DNA of 64,000 nt from a virus. The stretch is from the IMG/VR virus record IMGVR_UViG_3300035698_026680, positions 1 to 64,000 of that record; one strand, given 5' to 3'. Positions 1 through 10,988 of the stretch are shown here, piece after piece (position 1 is the stretch's first letter; every line of letters starts with the position of its first letter). Made by a program: the position numbers and the translations under genes. Under the pieces are notes generated by a model that saw only the letters and a program-made list of their open reading frames with translations, was not told the origin of the DNA and did not search any database.

Positions 1-150
1 TAATCAAGAGAGCGATGTTATCAGAGTATTAAGAAAGGACTGTCCGCCTATTGACTTTCCTGTAAGTAAATATTCGGGCTTGCCTAAAAAGTAAAAGTTA
101 ACGGTCATTTGCAATACAATGCGCCGACTTGTTCGGAGGAATACAATCCT

Positions 151-693
151 ATGGCTATAAAATCACCTGGAAAACTAAGTGACCCACTAGAGAGAAAAGC
201 TAGAAGGGAACTTAAATACGAATGGACTGCTCTATACGGAAACAAGGTAGAGTTAAAACAGTATGATGAAAAAAGGGGCTTAGTTCACAATTTCAGGCAT
301 ATAGACCAAAAGAAGGTACAAGAGTTTGTATTAAAATCGAAAACAGGGATGAGATTCACGATCTCTGTTAATCTTTTGACTGGACTTTTTTATATTAACG
401 AAAAACCAGTTAAAGAGATTTTAATAGAAAATACTCGCATTCCTCTTGGTCTATCTTTTTTTGGAAAAAGGATAGAATCCCCTTGGGGAAGAAAAGCGAA
501 GTTAATCTATGTGCGACATGTTAGGAGAGATTTCAATATGGGTTTTGGGACAACAAGCGTTGCGATGACCTATGAACTGGGATACGAAGCAGAAGTAAAC
601 GGAGAACATGAAAAGCACACCATCGTTATTGATGAAAGAGGACATTTCGGAATCCCTATGACTCTAGAACAAGAAGGCTTCAAAGCATTGTAG
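151..693 (+). CDS. hypothetical protein
   Basis: ORF with ATG at 151 after GGAGG; followed by a terminator. Confidence 0.7.
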   Translation: MAIKSPGKLSDPLERKARRELKYEWTALYGNKVELKQYDEKRGLVHNFRHIDQKKVQEFVLKSKTGMRFTISVNLLTGLFYINEKPVKEILIENTRIPLGLSFFGKRIESPWGRKAKLIYVRHVRRDFNMGFGTTSVAMTYELGYEAEVNGEHEKHTIVIDERGHFGIPMTLEQEGFKAL

Positions 694-716
694 AATTCAA
701 ATAAACCAAGTATAGG

Positions 717-757
717 CTCAGTTTAAGGCTAGTTTTAGTCTAGACTGAGTTTTTTTA
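717..757 (+). terminator. intrinsic terminator
   Basis: CTCAGTTTA..GGCTA/TAGTC..TAGACTGAG hairpin followed by T7. Confidence 0.7.
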
Positions 758-804
758 ATGAACTAATATGTTTAAATCTTTAATTTACTTTACCCATACC
801 TAAT

Positions 805-1803
805 ATGGCATTTAAAGACGGACTATCAGCATTTTTGACTACCTGGAGTGGTGTTCATACCGCTTTTTCGTTTAATCAATCTAATGCAAACACTGGTACA
901 GATACTAGCCATGACAGTAATGCGGCAAGTTTTTCCCAAGCTGATATTAGTGACTTCCCGAATTATGGTCAAAACGCAGATTGTAATCCCGCAAGTGGTG
1001 GGGATATGGACATATATTCAGTTGTTGACAACTGTATGATGTTGTATATTCCAGCCGCCCTTTCAACTGGTGTATATGGGCTTTGGTATAACGGTGGTGG
1101 AACAAACGCTCAGGGTGCTTTTATTAAGTCTGAGTCTAATGGAACGACAATTACGCTTGCAATTTCACACAACGCTAGTGGCACAAATCAGGATTACGAC
1201 ACCTATGTTATTACTGAGCGTGGCTGGGTTTGTGTGGGATTTCAGTTCGAAGATAACTCTGGCAATATGGCAATTTGGGTTAATGGGGTCAATGTTTCGG
1301 AAGTAGCTCGCTCTTACAATTTACTTTATGGTTCTGGAAACCCTGGCATTGGTGATAATAATGGTGATGGTATTCCCGGTTGGGCTGCGGAAAGTACAAT
1401 AAACGGCTCAGGCATAATTATTGCTAACTTTATAGCCGACAATAAAAATGATGATAATACCCAACCCGCCGGAAATGGTGATAGTTTTTATACAGATTAT
1501 TATGATGAACATTTAGCTGAAGAGACGATTACACAAACAATAACTGCTAAAGGGAATATTGCTGTTTTCATAGAAAAAATAAGAACCGTTACTGCAAAAG
1601 CGTCTATAAAAATATTTGCCCAACCAAGAACAATTTCAGCAAAGGCAAGTATTCGGTCAACAATAATTGATAAAACAATTTCTGCTAAAGCGGAAATTCA
1701 TATGTTCGTAGAATTATTTGATAGTGATACTTATAAAGATGCAGGAGAAACAGACGCAGATTGGGACACGGCAACTGAACGTGTTTATCTGCCCTTAATA
1801 TAA
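805..1803 (+). CDS. virion fibre/adhesin-like protein: LamG/concanavalin-like domain plus C-terminal 13-aa repeats
   Basis: WVCVGFQF..MAIWVNG LamG-like pattern; about 5 QTITAKGNI-type repeats. Confidence 0.6.
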   Translation: MAFKDGLSAFLTTWSGVHTAFSFNQSNANTGTDTSHDSNAASFSQADISDFPNYGQNADCNPASGGDMDIYSVVDNCMMLYIPAALSTGVYGLWYNGGGTNAQGAFIKSESNGTTITLAISHNASGTNQDYDTYVITERGWVCVGFQFEDNSGNMAIWVNGVNVSEVARSYNLLYGSGNPGIGDNNGDGIPGWAAESTINGSGIIIANFIADNKNDDNTQPAGNGDSFYTDYYDEHLAEETITQTITAKGNIAVFIEKIRTVTAKASIKIFAQPRTISAKASIRSTIIDKTISAKAEIHMFVELFDSDTYKDAGETDADWDTATERVYLPLI

Positions 1804-1804
1804 T

Positions 1805-4800
1805 ATGACAACATTAACAGTTTACGCCAGAGCTCATATTAGAAAATCTGATGATGCCTATAAGTTTAGAATTGTTCAGTCGATTGCCCTTGATGATCTT
1901 AATGGCTGGGCTCCAACTTCTTCGACAGCTCAAGGAGCTGGAAGGGTAGAGTTTGACCCAAGGCAATACCCAGGTGGAACCAAATTCTACTTTTGCGGAT
2001 GGATAAGGCAAACTGGTGCCGGAGAAACTGTCCATGTTGAATTATGGGACGATACCAATGGAGCAAGTCTTGGTGAAATAACAACCACTGCAACCAGTCT
2101 TGAATATAATGTAGTCGAAATTACTAGATGGACAAATGAAAGCAGAACCTTAACTCCAAGATTCTGGCGATCAAATAATGGCGGAACCGTTCAGATGTAT
2201 AACGCCTTTCTTTTGATTGTCGTCCCAACAGATAGAGATTTTCTATCTCTTTGGTCTTCACAATACTGGATGTGTTTTGGACAAGAATCAATTTCATCTA
2301 CCGATTATGACGATGAAGAATCGCAAGGATTAGGAAGATTCTACTACGACTCAAGTAAGTTTAAGGGGACAACAACAATTCGTTTTCAAGCAACATTTAG
2401 TTTTGGTGATAGCGATACAGCCTACGCACGGCTTTATAACCTAACTGATGAGTCAGAAGTAAGCGGATCTGAAGTTTCTCACACAGCAAGCAGTGGCACA
2501 TTTTCTGAACTATCAGACCCAATTACTCTTGTTACTGGCAAAGAATACATCGTTCAAATTAAATCGGACAATGAAGATTGCTATCTGAGACAATCAAATT
2601 TGATTATTGACCAGGAAGATGTTGCTGGAGATGGGTCAATCAATCAAGTAAGATCATACGAAAAGATAGTTAAAAGCGGAGCCACTTCAGGGACAACATG
2701 GATAGAGAGTGCTTATAATGCACTCTCTACTAGACCAGATCCCTATACATGGCAATTGGTTACTAGAGAGTCATTTTTGCAAGCCTTTATGAAGGTGGCA
2801 GGAGCCAGCGATGGCGGTTCTATAGCTGTTAAAGATGAAGACGAAGGGATTTATACAATTATTGGGGGAATTCTTGAAGAACAGCCATTAACGATATCTT
2901 TTCAGCGATTTACGACTAGAGTACACAGATTTCCAGTAACTTCAGTTAAATTTAATGCCCTGTCTTATATCAGAGAAAGACATGCAGGGGGAGCAAGTGA
3001 TTTGTTTTCCTTCTCTGCTTTTTACATAATCACTGACTCTTATCTTAATGGAAGCAGTGCTCGCTATGTTCAGGTAAAAGCTAATATTTTTGCCACAACG
3101 CCAAGACCAATCACAGCTAAGGCAAGAATTTTAAAACACGATGTCGTCCTAACCACTTACTATTTTGATGCTTCTGATGCTGGACCAAATGATCCAGATA
3201 CCGCCTGGGCTGATGATGCTAATGCTTTTAACGGAGAAACAGAAAATTATGCTTCTTGTTCAACTCGGAGAGTCGGAGATGATAATGGATTAAATGCTAC
3301 TGGTACAAATGCCCCTGCCAGTCACGAGAAGTCGGCGATTCAATTAGTGAAAATGCGGTTCTATATGCAGACTCCAGAAGGAACATTTGATTATCTTGAT
3401 TGGAAAGTTGAATCTGGGGCAGAGCATTTAATCACTACTTTTGGAACTTTTATAGATTCTTACTATACATCAAGCACAGATGCCCTTTGGACTCCTTATT
3501 ACCTTATAGAAGATCCAGCTGATGGTTGGACATGGGCAAAAATACAAGCATTAAAAATCACTCTTTGGAATGACAACTGGAATGATGCAGAAGATCGAGT
3601 ATTCAAAGTAGAGATACTTGTTTATCACAATACGCCAACCCCACAGACGATTCAAGCTAAGGGAAGAGTTGCTAGCTATTCTTTTCCAGCGACAGCCCAA
3701 TCAAGTGCAATTAAGACATTGGCAGGCGATCTTCAGTTTGCTACCGCAACCCTGACAGCAGTTGATAGTATTCCCGCTAATACTTCAATCACTTATTATC
3801 TTTCTGCCGATGGTGGGAATAATTGGGAAGAAGTTACAGATGAAGTAGAGCATTCTTTTGTAGATAAGGGCACTGACCTAAGATGGAAGGCAATTCTCAC
3901 AACAACCGACTCTAAAGTTACCCCATATATTGAGACAGTTTCCGTTGACTGGACAACCGAATCGGCAGCAGCGGCAGAACAAACTATCACAGCAAAAGGG
4001 CGAATTCAGAAGCAATTTACACAGACGATCACCGCCAAGGGTCGAATTCAAATAGTCACAACTCAAACAATAAGTGCGAAAAGCCGAATCCAAAAAGACA
4101 GAACAGAAACAATCACGACTAAAGGACGGATTCAAATTGGCTTAACTCAGACAATAACTGCCAAGGCCAATATAAAAGTTACTTCAACACAAACGATTGA
4201 AGCAAAAGCCTCATTGATGAGGGAATTCAGTCAAACGATTAGTGCTAAAGCAAGAATTGGCATTTCTTCATCCCAAACAGTTACCGCAAAAGCCAGAATT
4301 AAAAAGCAGTTTAATCAAACGATAACTACTAAAGGTCGAATTCAAATATCTGGTTTACAAACTATAACTGCCAAGGCTTTAATTAAAAAGGAAACAAGTC
4401 AAACGATAACTGCCAAAGGGGTAATTACTAAGTCTTTTTCACAAACAATCGAAGCTAAAGGAAGAATCCAAATAACCTTTACCCAAACAATCACTGCAAA
4501 GGGTAGAATTACTATTGCTTCAAGTCAAACCATCACGGCAAAGGGGAGAATCACAGCTTTGCAAACACAAACAATAACGGCAAAGGTTAGTATTAAAAAA
4601 CTATCTACTCAAACAATTTCGGCTAAAGGAAGCATAAAAAGAGAGTTTGAACAAACAATTAGTGCCAAAGCCAGAATTGGACTTTTAACAACTAAGACAA
4701 TTACAGCAAAGAGTCGAATCACAAAAGAATTCACACAGACGATAACTGCCAAAGGGAACATAAAAGCAACGCAAGATCAAACAATCGAAGCCAAGGCCGC

Positions 4801-6436
4801 CATTAAACTCACAACCACACAAACCATAAGTGCAAAAACGGCGATCCAAAGGACACTTACACAAACCCTAACAGCAAAAGGTCGAATAACTATTAGTGGA
4901 AGTCAGACCCTAACTGCCAAGGGGCGGATTCAAAAACAGTTTAGCCAAAGCATACAAGCAAAAGGACGAATAACGATTTCTAGTACTCAAGCGATTAGTG
5001 CAAAGGCTTCTCTTGAAAAACCAACCTATCAGTATATTTCTGCCAAAGGACGGATCGAAGTACAAAGTCAGCAAACAATTACGGCCAAGGGAAGAATAAC
5101 TATTTCTAGTGAACGAACCATCACTTCTAAGGGTGATATTAAAAAGCAAACTACCCAAACAATTGAAGCAAAAGGAAGAATTCAACTAGCGGGAATTGGG
5201 GTTACGATTGATGCTAAAGCAAGAATTGAAAAAGAAGAATCAAGAACAATTTCTGCAAAGGGAGCAATTTCACGAACGTTCGAACAAACGATTTCCGCTA
5301 AAGGCAAGATTCAGAAGATCTTTACTCAAACACTATCAGCTAAAGGAAGAATTAGAGCGACTACGAGTCAAACTATTCAAGCCCTAGCTTCAATAAAGCG
5401 ATTAGCGGTCACTAGAACCATTCAAGCTAAAGGAAGGATACAAATTGCCACAAGTCAGTCTATTCAGGCAATAGGTCGTATCCAACAAGCCAGAACACAG
5501 ACTATAGGCGCTCTTGGGCGCATCAAAAAGCAGTTTAGCCAAACTATTGAAGCCAAAGGAAGAATCGGAGTTTTTGGCGGAAAAACAATTGATTCTAAGG
5601 CAAATATTAGGACAAGTATTAGTCAAACAATAAATGCAAAGGGAAGAATAACTGATGTAGGAACTCAAACAATAGAAGCCAAAGGAAGAATAACAATACT
5701 TGGTTCGCAAACAATTCAAGCAAAGGCTTCAATACAAAAAACATCTAGCCGAACGATTGAAGCTGTTGGGCGAATCGAAACGATTAGTACACAAACCCTG
5801 AGTGCTAAAGGAAGAATTCAAAGACAATCTAGCCAAACAATAAGCGCTAAGGGTTACATTGAAATTGTTTCTGAAAAAACAATCAGCGCAAAAGGACGAA
5901 TTGAGAGAAGTCAAGAACAAACGGTTAATGCAAAGGGAAGAATTGGTATTGTTTCTCAACAAACGATAGATGCAAAAGCAAATATCACAACAACAATAAC
6001 TCAAACAATTAGTGCTTTGGCGAGAATTTGTCGCGGTCAAACAATCGAAGCAAAAGCAAACATAAAAGCGGTAGCGACTCAAAGCATTTCCGCTAAGGGA
6101 AATATTCTTCTAACACAAGAGAAAACTATACAAACAAAAGCAAGTATATTAAAATTATTTGCAAAGACTATTCAGGCCAAGGGTTACATAATAACCTGGG
6201 AAGTTATCGACATCATAGATCAGGTAAGAGATCAAAAGATTGTTGATGAAGTAACCTATGTCAAAGAAATTACTAGAGAAATAAGTTATACTAAGGTTGA
6301 GACAGTCAACATCGTTGACGAAAGGTCACAGGTTAAGGATCTTCCTAGAACAAGGCCAAGAGTTATTGAAATCACTGACCTAAGCAGAACCCAACAAATT
6401 AAATGGATTACTGCTAAGGCCAGAATAAGGAGTTAA
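1805..6436 (+). CDS. giant (1543 aa) repeat-rich virion fibre protein
   Basis: beta-rich N-terminal domains then a long run of tandem 13-aa repeats; lies just upstream of neck genes. Confidence 0.7.
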   Translation: MTTLTVYARAHIRKSDDAYKFRIVQSIALDDLNGWAPTSSTAQGAGRVEFDPRQYPGGTKFYFCGWIRQTGAGETVHVELWDDTNGASLGEITTTATSLEYNVVEITRWTNESRTLTPRFWRSNNGGTVQMYNAFLLIVVPTDRDFLSLWSSQYWMCFGQESISSTDYDDEESQGLGRFYYDSSKFKGTTTIRFQATFSFGDSDTAYARLYNLTDESEVSGSEVSHTASSGTFSELSDPITLVTGKEYIVQIKSDNEDCYLRQSNLIIDQEDVAGDGSINQVRSYEKIVKSGATSGTTWIESAYNALSTRPDPYTWQLVTRESFLQAFMKVAGASDGGSIAVKDEDEGIYTIIGGILEEQPLTISFQRFTTRVHRFPVTSVKFNALSYIRERHAGGASDLFSFSAFYIITDSYLNGSSARYVQVKANIFATTPRPITAKARILKHDVVLTTYYFDASDAGPNDPDTAWADDANAFNGETENYASCSTRRVGDDNGLNATGTNAPASHEKSAIQLVKMRFYMQTPEGTFDYLDWKVESGAEHLITTFGTFIDSYYTSSTDALWTPYYLIEDPADGWTWAKIQALKITLWNDNWNDAEDRVFKVEILVYHNTPTPQTIQAKGRVASYSFPATAQSSAIKTLAGDLQFATATLTAVDSIPANTSITYYLSADGGNNWEEVTDEVEHSFVDKGTDLRWKAILTTTDSKVTPYIETVSVDWTTESAAAAEQTITAKGRIQKQFTQTITAKGRIQIVTTQTISAKSRIQKDRTETITTKGRIQIGLTQTITAKANIKVTSTQTIEAKASLMREFSQTISAKARIGISSSQTVTAKARIKKQFNQTITTKGRIQISGLQTITAKALIKKETSQTITAKGVITKSFSQTIEAKGRIQITFTQTITAKGRITIASSQTITAKGRITALQTQTITAKVSIKKLSTQTISAKGSIKREFEQTISAKARIGLLTTKTITAKSRITKEFTQTITAKGNIKATQDQTIEAKAAIKLTTTQTISAKTAIQRTLTQTLTAKGRITISGSQTLTAKGRIQKQFSQSIQAKGRITISSTQAISAKASLEKPTYQYISAKGRIEVQSQQTITAKGRITISSERTITSKGDIKKQTTQTIEAKGRIQLAGIGVTIDAKARIEKEESRTISAKGAISRTFEQTISAKGKIQKIFTQTLSAKGRIRATTSQTIQALASIKRLAVTRTIQAKGRIQIATSQSIQAIGRIQQARTQTIGALGRIKKQFSQTIEAKGRIGVFGGKTIDSKANIRTSISQTINAKGRITDVGTQTIEAKGRITILGSQTIQAKASIQKTSSRTIEAVGRIETISTQTLSAKGRIQRQSSQTISAKGYIEIVSEKTISAKGRIERSQEQTVNAKGRIGIVSQQTIDAKANITTTITQTISALARICRGQTIEAKANIKAVATQSISAKGNILLTQEKTIQTKASILKLFAKTIQAKGYIITWEVIDIIDQVRDQKIVDEVTYVKEITREISYTKVETVNIVDERSQVKDLPRTRPRVIEITDLSRTQQIKWITAKARIRS
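3977..6190 (+). repeat. coding tandem repeat, 39-nt/13-aa unit xxxxQTI(T/S)AKGRI, roughly 55-57 copies
   Basis: directly visible in the translation. Confidence 0.95.
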
Positions 6437-6438
6437 AA

Positions 6439-7413
6439 ATGCTAGATCAAATTTTAAAAGACACGGCTGACAAAATCGAAGTTGATATCTACTACAATAA
6501 TGTTTTAACTGCACCCGATTCTATTAGCATCAGAGAAATCAGAGATCCTAACGGAGTTGTTATCCTTACCAGTCAGGCAGTAGTTGCAGGATCTACAACG
6601 GGAAGATATGAATACACAATGGCATCTGCCTATACATCGGTTTTGGGAGTTTATACTGCCATTTGGAGATTTGTAATTAATAGTGCGACCTACGAACACA
6701 CCCAATCCTTTGAAGTAGTATCTACGCTAAGACAAGGATATATTGTTCCCCAGGAAGTAAGAGATTTGTCTGTTTATCCAGAAATCACTGCCGATAAACC
6801 AGTAGACGCAGTTCTCCAAAAATACATTGATAGATCCACTAGTATTATGGATGCCTATTTTGGAAGTTCTATAAACTATGCTATTTACACAGAAAAAATT
6901 CGGTGCGTTTTAGACAAACCACACAATGGGGTTCATATTCAGCTTAGACATAGACCAATCATTAGCTTAACAAGTGTCCAATTAATGCAGGGGCCAACCA
7001 ATACCTTAGATTTAAATGTCGATTATATTAGGATCAACGAATTGGCGGGCTATCTTGAATACTTCCAAGATATTTCTGTTCCTACTCTAAGAATTTGTAT
7101 TTTTGATCCAACTAAAACACAGATTATTCCTGTCGCTACGGTTGTTTATACCGCAGGCTATATCACCGTCCCTGACAATGTAAAGATGGCGGCGGCGATG
7201 ATAGTTGAAGAATTGTATAAACAGACCAAAGGGGATGACCAAAAGTTAAGCAGATTTAAAATTCAGGATATTTCAGAAACATATAAAGATTCTAAGTCTT
7301 TACAGCAATCGAAAAAGGAAATAGGAATGGAAGGGGCAGATACAATTGTTAAATTATTAAGACCCTATGTACAACCATTTAGAAGATTTGGGTTTGCAGG
7401 GCCGTTAGGATAA
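6439..7413 (+). CDS. head-tail adaptor/connector (gp6/gp15-like) with N-terminal Ig-like domain
   Basis: VYTAGY..VPDNVKMAAAMIV..LY motif typical of connectors; synteny. Confidence 0.7.
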   Translation: MLDQILKDTADKIEVDIYYNNVLTAPDSISIREIRDPNGVVILTSQAVVAGSTTGRYEYTMASAYTSVLGVYTAIWRFVINSATYEHTQSFEVVSTLRQGYIVPQEVRDLSVYPEITADKPVDAVLQKYIDRSTSIMDAYFGSSINYAIYTEKIRCVLDKPHNGVHIQLRHRPIISLTSVQLMQGPTNTLDLNVDYIRINELAGYLEYFQDISVPTLRICIFDPTKTQIIPVATVVYTAGYITVPDNVKMAAAMIVEELYKQTKGDDQKLSRFKIQDISETYKDSKSLQQSKKEIGMEGADTIVKLLRPYVQPFRRFGFAGPLG

Positions 7414-7414
7414 A

Positions 7415-7846
7415 ATGTCAATTCGAAGAATACCAGACAGGTATCTAAAAGATACTCTTTATATTTATCGTGAATCGGCAACTATTGATGCAGTTGGAGA
7501 TTTTGATACTGTTAAAAGTCTTGCCTATGGGCAAATGAAGGCTAATGTCCAACCCCAAACTTCCGAAGCTGAATACGATATTCAAGGAACGATTCATAAA
7601 CAAACTCACTCTGCATATTTCAATAGATTCGTAGATGGAGTAAAAAGAGAAATTATTTTGGGAGACATTGTTTTGCGCGAAGATACTGGAAAAAGTTTTC
7701 TCGTCATAGGAATTCAGGAGTTAGAAGGGGCTAACCCAATGATTACTGATAGTCATCATTTCAAACTAATTCTAAAGAGAACAACTGGATATTTTGAAGG
7801 AATCACTCAATTTAAGATGGTTACTTCAAGAGCAAAAATAGTATGA
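7415..7846 (+). CDS. head-closure (stopper) protein
   Basis: size, D.VGD and ANVQP motifs, synteny. Confidence 0.6.
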   Translation: MSIRRIPDRYLKDTLYIYRESATIDAVGDFDTVKSLAYGQMKANVQPQTSEAEYDIQGTIHKQTHSAYFNRFVDGVKREIILGDIVLREDTGKSFLVIGIQELEGANPMITDSHHFKLILKRTTGYFEGITQFKMVTSRAKIV

Positions 7847-8352
7847 AAATAAGTTTGTCTATCTCAAATGTAAAAGAAACATTAAAAAACCTGAAGGAAG
7901 CTGGAATAGTTATTAAAAAGGACTTCCAGGGTGAATTAATCGAACATGGCAAAAGCCTTAGAGATCAGGCAAAAGAAATTCTCGAATCAGAGTCTCAAAT
8001 GAGAACAAATAAGAAATATTGGACAGGAAATTTAAAAGATTCGATAAAAATGAATATTATCGAAAGAGACGACGAAGTGGTTGGAATTTCCGTTGGTCCC
8101 GATATGAGAGTTGCTCCTTACGCTGAATGGATTGAAATTGGACATTTTACTGGATACGGGGCAAAACATGGGGGACAATGGTGGGAAGGTTATCATTATT
8201 TAGAACAAGCCTATCTTAGGGTCGCACCTGAAATAACCAATCAAATAGCAAAAACTTTAAGAGTTAGTTTGAATCGGTTCGAAAGAACCCATTTTAAGAG
8301 AACAAGACATAAAACAACTGGAAAATTTGTTAAAGGATTTGGAAACCTATAA
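7843..8352 (+). CDS. HK97 gp10-like neck/tail-completion protein
   Basis: TGNLKDSI..PYAEWIEIGH..YLEQA motif. Confidence 0.75.
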   Translation: MKISLSISNVKETLKNLKEAGIVIKKDFQGELIEHGKSLRDQAKEILESESQMRTNKKYWTGNLKDSIKMNIIERDDEVVGISVGPDMRVAPYAEWIEIGHFTGYGAKHGGQWWEGYHYLEQAYLRVAPEITNQIAKTLRVSLNRFERTHFKRTRHKTTGKFVKGFGNL

Positions 8353-8354
8353 AT

Positions 8355-8795
8355 ATGCCAACATACGATAAAAATCTACACTATTTAAAAGAAGCAATTT
8401 TTGCCAAATTAAACGATGATGCTACTTTAAAGAGCCTATTGGGTGCAACTGGAAGAATTTACCATAGAAATCCACCAAAAGCTCCCCAATACCCCAGCAT
8501 TGTGTATTCGATCATCTCTGATAGAGACAATGTTTTTAACGAAGATCGAAGCACTGGCGAAGTTACTGGAACATATTTCCGTACCACAATATTTAGTAAA
8601 AGTAAAAAAACAGAAGAGTTAGACAACTTAGAAGCGAGAGTAAAAGCGCTATTGCATGGTCAAACCAGCTTGAATACAAGTAAGGTAATCTGCTATAGTT
8701 GTTTTAGAGAAAATCTTTTGGAACCCAGGAAAGATCCCGATTTACAAATTTGGATTTATCCGATAAGATATAGAGTAGTCTGGGCAGTAAAGTAA
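8355..8795 (+). CDS. tail terminator (DUF3168-like)
   Basis: AIFAKL..L..RIY..PP....YP.IVY pattern; synteny. Confidence 0.7.
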   Translation: MPTYDKNLHYLKEAIFAKLNDDATLKSLLGATGRIYHRNPPKAPQYPSIVYSIISDRDNVFNEDRSTGEVTGTYFRTTIFSKSKKTEELDNLEARVKALLHGQTSLNTSKVICYSCFRENLLEPRKDPDLQIWIYPIRYRVVWAVK

Positions 8796-8824
8796 AAATA
8801 GTATTAGCAAAAGGAGGAAGTATT

Positions 8825-9190
8825 ATGACAAGCAATCTAAAGGTCAGTTCTGAGAATAAGGGAGCTTTAATTAAAAAACCGTCTTACCTTATTGAGATGG
8901 AAGCTAAGTGGAAAAGGTGGACTAAAATTGACGATAAAGAAGCCTTTGAAGCCTTAAAAGATTTAACGGGCGATCTTTGGGGAGAATTGAGAAAGCTACA
9001 AGCTATTCTTTGTAAAGAATGCGAGAATAGAAAACTCCCAGAAGATTTTAAAGAATTCGTCAAAGTCCAGATTCGGGATTCTTGGAGAGACATTATCGGG
9101 CATCAAAAAATTGGTTTAGATAAATTATGTATTGTCGTTCGAAAACATTTAAAGGAGGAAGATGGCAAGGAAGAAAAGAAAGTTTCATAG
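8825..9190 (+). CDS. hypothetical protein
   Basis: ORF with AGGAGG RBS. Confidence 0.7.
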   Translation: MTSNLKVSSENKGALIKKPSYLIEMEAKWKRWTKIDDKEAFEALKDLTGDLWGELRKLQAILCKECENRKLPEDFKEFVKVQIRDSWRDIIGHQKIGLDKLCIVVRKHLKEEDGKEEKKVS

Positions 9191-9542
9191 AACAATAAAA
9201 GGAAAAAAGACTGCCATTAGATCGTCTTTTGATAAAGTGAAAGTAAAAGAACCTAAGATTAAAGTAGAACCCAAAAGGGTTACTAGAAAAATTATCCGAC
9301 CTAGAGTACAATATAGAGAAATAGTTTATGTCGGAACCGCTAATAAATCCACAGTAGTAGGAAAAGTTACGGGCAAAAAGTATACATTTTTGAAGAATGC
9401 GTACAACATGCCAAAACCTACTAAAGTGAATGAGAGTGATTGTTTAGGTATATTAGCGATTAAAGGAAAAGGTTGTGCTCGTAGGAATCCCGAAGCACTC
9501 TTCATGTCAAAGCTTGATTGGGATCTCGAGTCAAAAGGTTAA
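9162..9542 (+). CDS. basic hypothetical protein
   Basis: ORF with GGAGG RBS; K/R-rich. Confidence 0.7.
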   Translation: MARKKRKFHRTIKGKKTAIRSSFDKVKVKEPKIKVEPKRVTRKIIRPRVQYREIVYVGTANKSTVVGKVTGKKYTFLKNAYNMPKPTKVNESDCLGILAIKGKGCARRNPEALFMSKLDWDLESKG

Positions 9543-9599
9543 GTAAAAGCTAAAGGATTAGGACTAGATTTATTAAAAAATATAGGAGGATTCTAATCC

Positions 9600-10160
9600 A
9601 TGGCTGTAACTGTAGCCAACATTAATGTTAAGGGCGCTGTGGTCAGAGTTGGGGGAACTGTCGCTGCCGATGGCGGAAACGCTGATTGGTTCGATGTTAG
9701 CCCACAAGGAACTGATGTCGGATGTACCCAGGGTGGAGTGACTGTAACTTACACTCTTGAGCAATCTGATATCTTCTGCGACCAAGTAACTGCCCCTGTC
9801 GATGTTGCTGTAACGGGTGAAACGGCTGTAGTTGAATTCTCGATGTTAGAGTCAACCGCTGAAAACATGAAGTTGGTTCTAGGCGATTTTGCTTCATCAG
9901 AAGACGAAGCAGGAATTGCTTACTGGCTTGGTGTCGGGGGAATTAATACAATTTCCTACACAGCGTTGGAACTAGAAGTATCGGATAACGATACAGGATT
10001 CCTAACTACTTGGACATTCTTTAGATGTATAAGTGGTGGGATCGAAGCTAACTTCGAGAGAGAGAATCCGACAGCATTTGGTGTAAGCTTTACTGCCTAC
10101 GCAGATACAACACATGCTAGCGGAAAACAGTTGTTCCAAGTAAGGCAAAACAAAGTATAA
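9600..10160 (+). CDS. major tail tube protein
   Basis: DVGCTQGGVTV..E.TAENMKL..V.FTAYAD siphoviral tube pattern; synteny. Confidence 0.8.
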   Translation: MAVTVANINVKGAVVRVGGTVAADGGNADWFDVSPQGTDVGCTQGGVTVTYTLEQSDIFCDQVTAPVDVAVTGETAVVEFSMLESTAENMKLVLGDFASSEDEAGIAYWLGVGGINTISYTALELEVSDNDTGFLTTWTFFRCISGGIEANFERENPTAFGVSFTAYADTTHASGKQLFQVRQNKV

Positions 10161-10185
10161 ACACCGACTGAGTAAGGAGGTTTTT

Positions 10186-10677
10186 ATGAATGAAGTAAAA
10201 GAACCCAAGAAAACTGGGACTATTTCTAGTGGTAAAAAAACCGCAGAAGTTACTTTTGGAGACAAGAAATATACTATTCACAAACTGAAAGCTGGCAAGT
10301 TCTATGATGCCATGCAGGTTTACATGGATATTATTAAAGAGATTGCTCCAAGCGTACCCCATGTGGATTCCAAAAAAGAAGAAGGAATTGATCTGGCAAA
10401 ACTGATTGTCAGCATGTTCAAGACTTGGCCAGAAAAGATGATAGGATTTATCGTTATTTGTTGTTCGACTATAGATATGGAAGAAAAAATAACGGTGGAA
10501 TTTGTCAAAGAAGAAGCCTATCCAGAAGAAATTTCGGCTGCTTTTAAAGTTTGTGAAAAGCTTAATAATGTAAAGGATAATCTAAAAAACTTCGTCGCCC
10601 CTATGCAAGAGTTGGGGGCCACGATCACAAGCCAAGTAAGAGCAAAACCCCAAACGAAAGCAGAGTCCCAAAAGTAG
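10186..10677 (+). CDS. tail assembly chaperone (gpG-like)
   Basis: between tube and tape measure; contains a slippery site. Confidence 0.75.
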   Translation: MNEVKEPKKTGTISSGKKTAEVTFGDKKYTIHKLKAGKFYDAMQVYMDIIKEIAPSVPHVDSKKEEGIDLAKLIVSMFKTWPEKMIGFIVICCSTIDMEEKITVEFVKEEAYPEEISAAFKVCEKLNNVKDNLKNFVAPMQELGATITSQVRAKPQTKAESQK

Positions 10678-10988
10678 CTTTCTTTCTTTGGTGCATTGAT
10701 TCAATAGCTTCTCGATACGGATGGACTAAAAAGTATATAGAGACAGAATTATACTGGGAAGAATTTTGTGACTTAGTCCAATTAACGGCCAATTTTGCAG
10801 TAGATGAAAAGAATGCTGATCTAAAGTTTCATTTCATGCTACACGCTGATAAGAAATCGGCAGGAAAATGGAAGGATTTTCCACTTCCTTTCCCAGAAAC
10901 AAAGGATAAAGTAAAAGTAAAAGAAGATGTAAGTGGGGTATCTCAATTACCGCCACATTTAAGAAAACTTGTTTTTAGGGAGAAATAA
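10584..10988 (+). CDS. -1 frameshift extension (gpGT-like) of the tail chaperone
   Basis: A AAA AAC at 10584-10590; -1 frame open to TAA 10986-10988 and encodes IASRYGWTKKYIE; no own start codon. Confidence 0.8.
   Translation, partial: KKLRRPYARVGGHDHKPSKSKTPNESRVPKVAFFLWCIDSIASRYGWTKKYIETELYWEEFCDLVQLTANFAVDEKNADLKFHFMLHADKKSAGKWKDFPLPFPETKDKVKVKEDVSGVSQLPPHLRKLVFREK

Noticed and set aside
3977-6190. CRISPR-like or DGR repeats
   Set aside because: Repeats are in-frame, degenerate at synonymous positions and have no spacers; no cas or reverse transcriptase gene in the window
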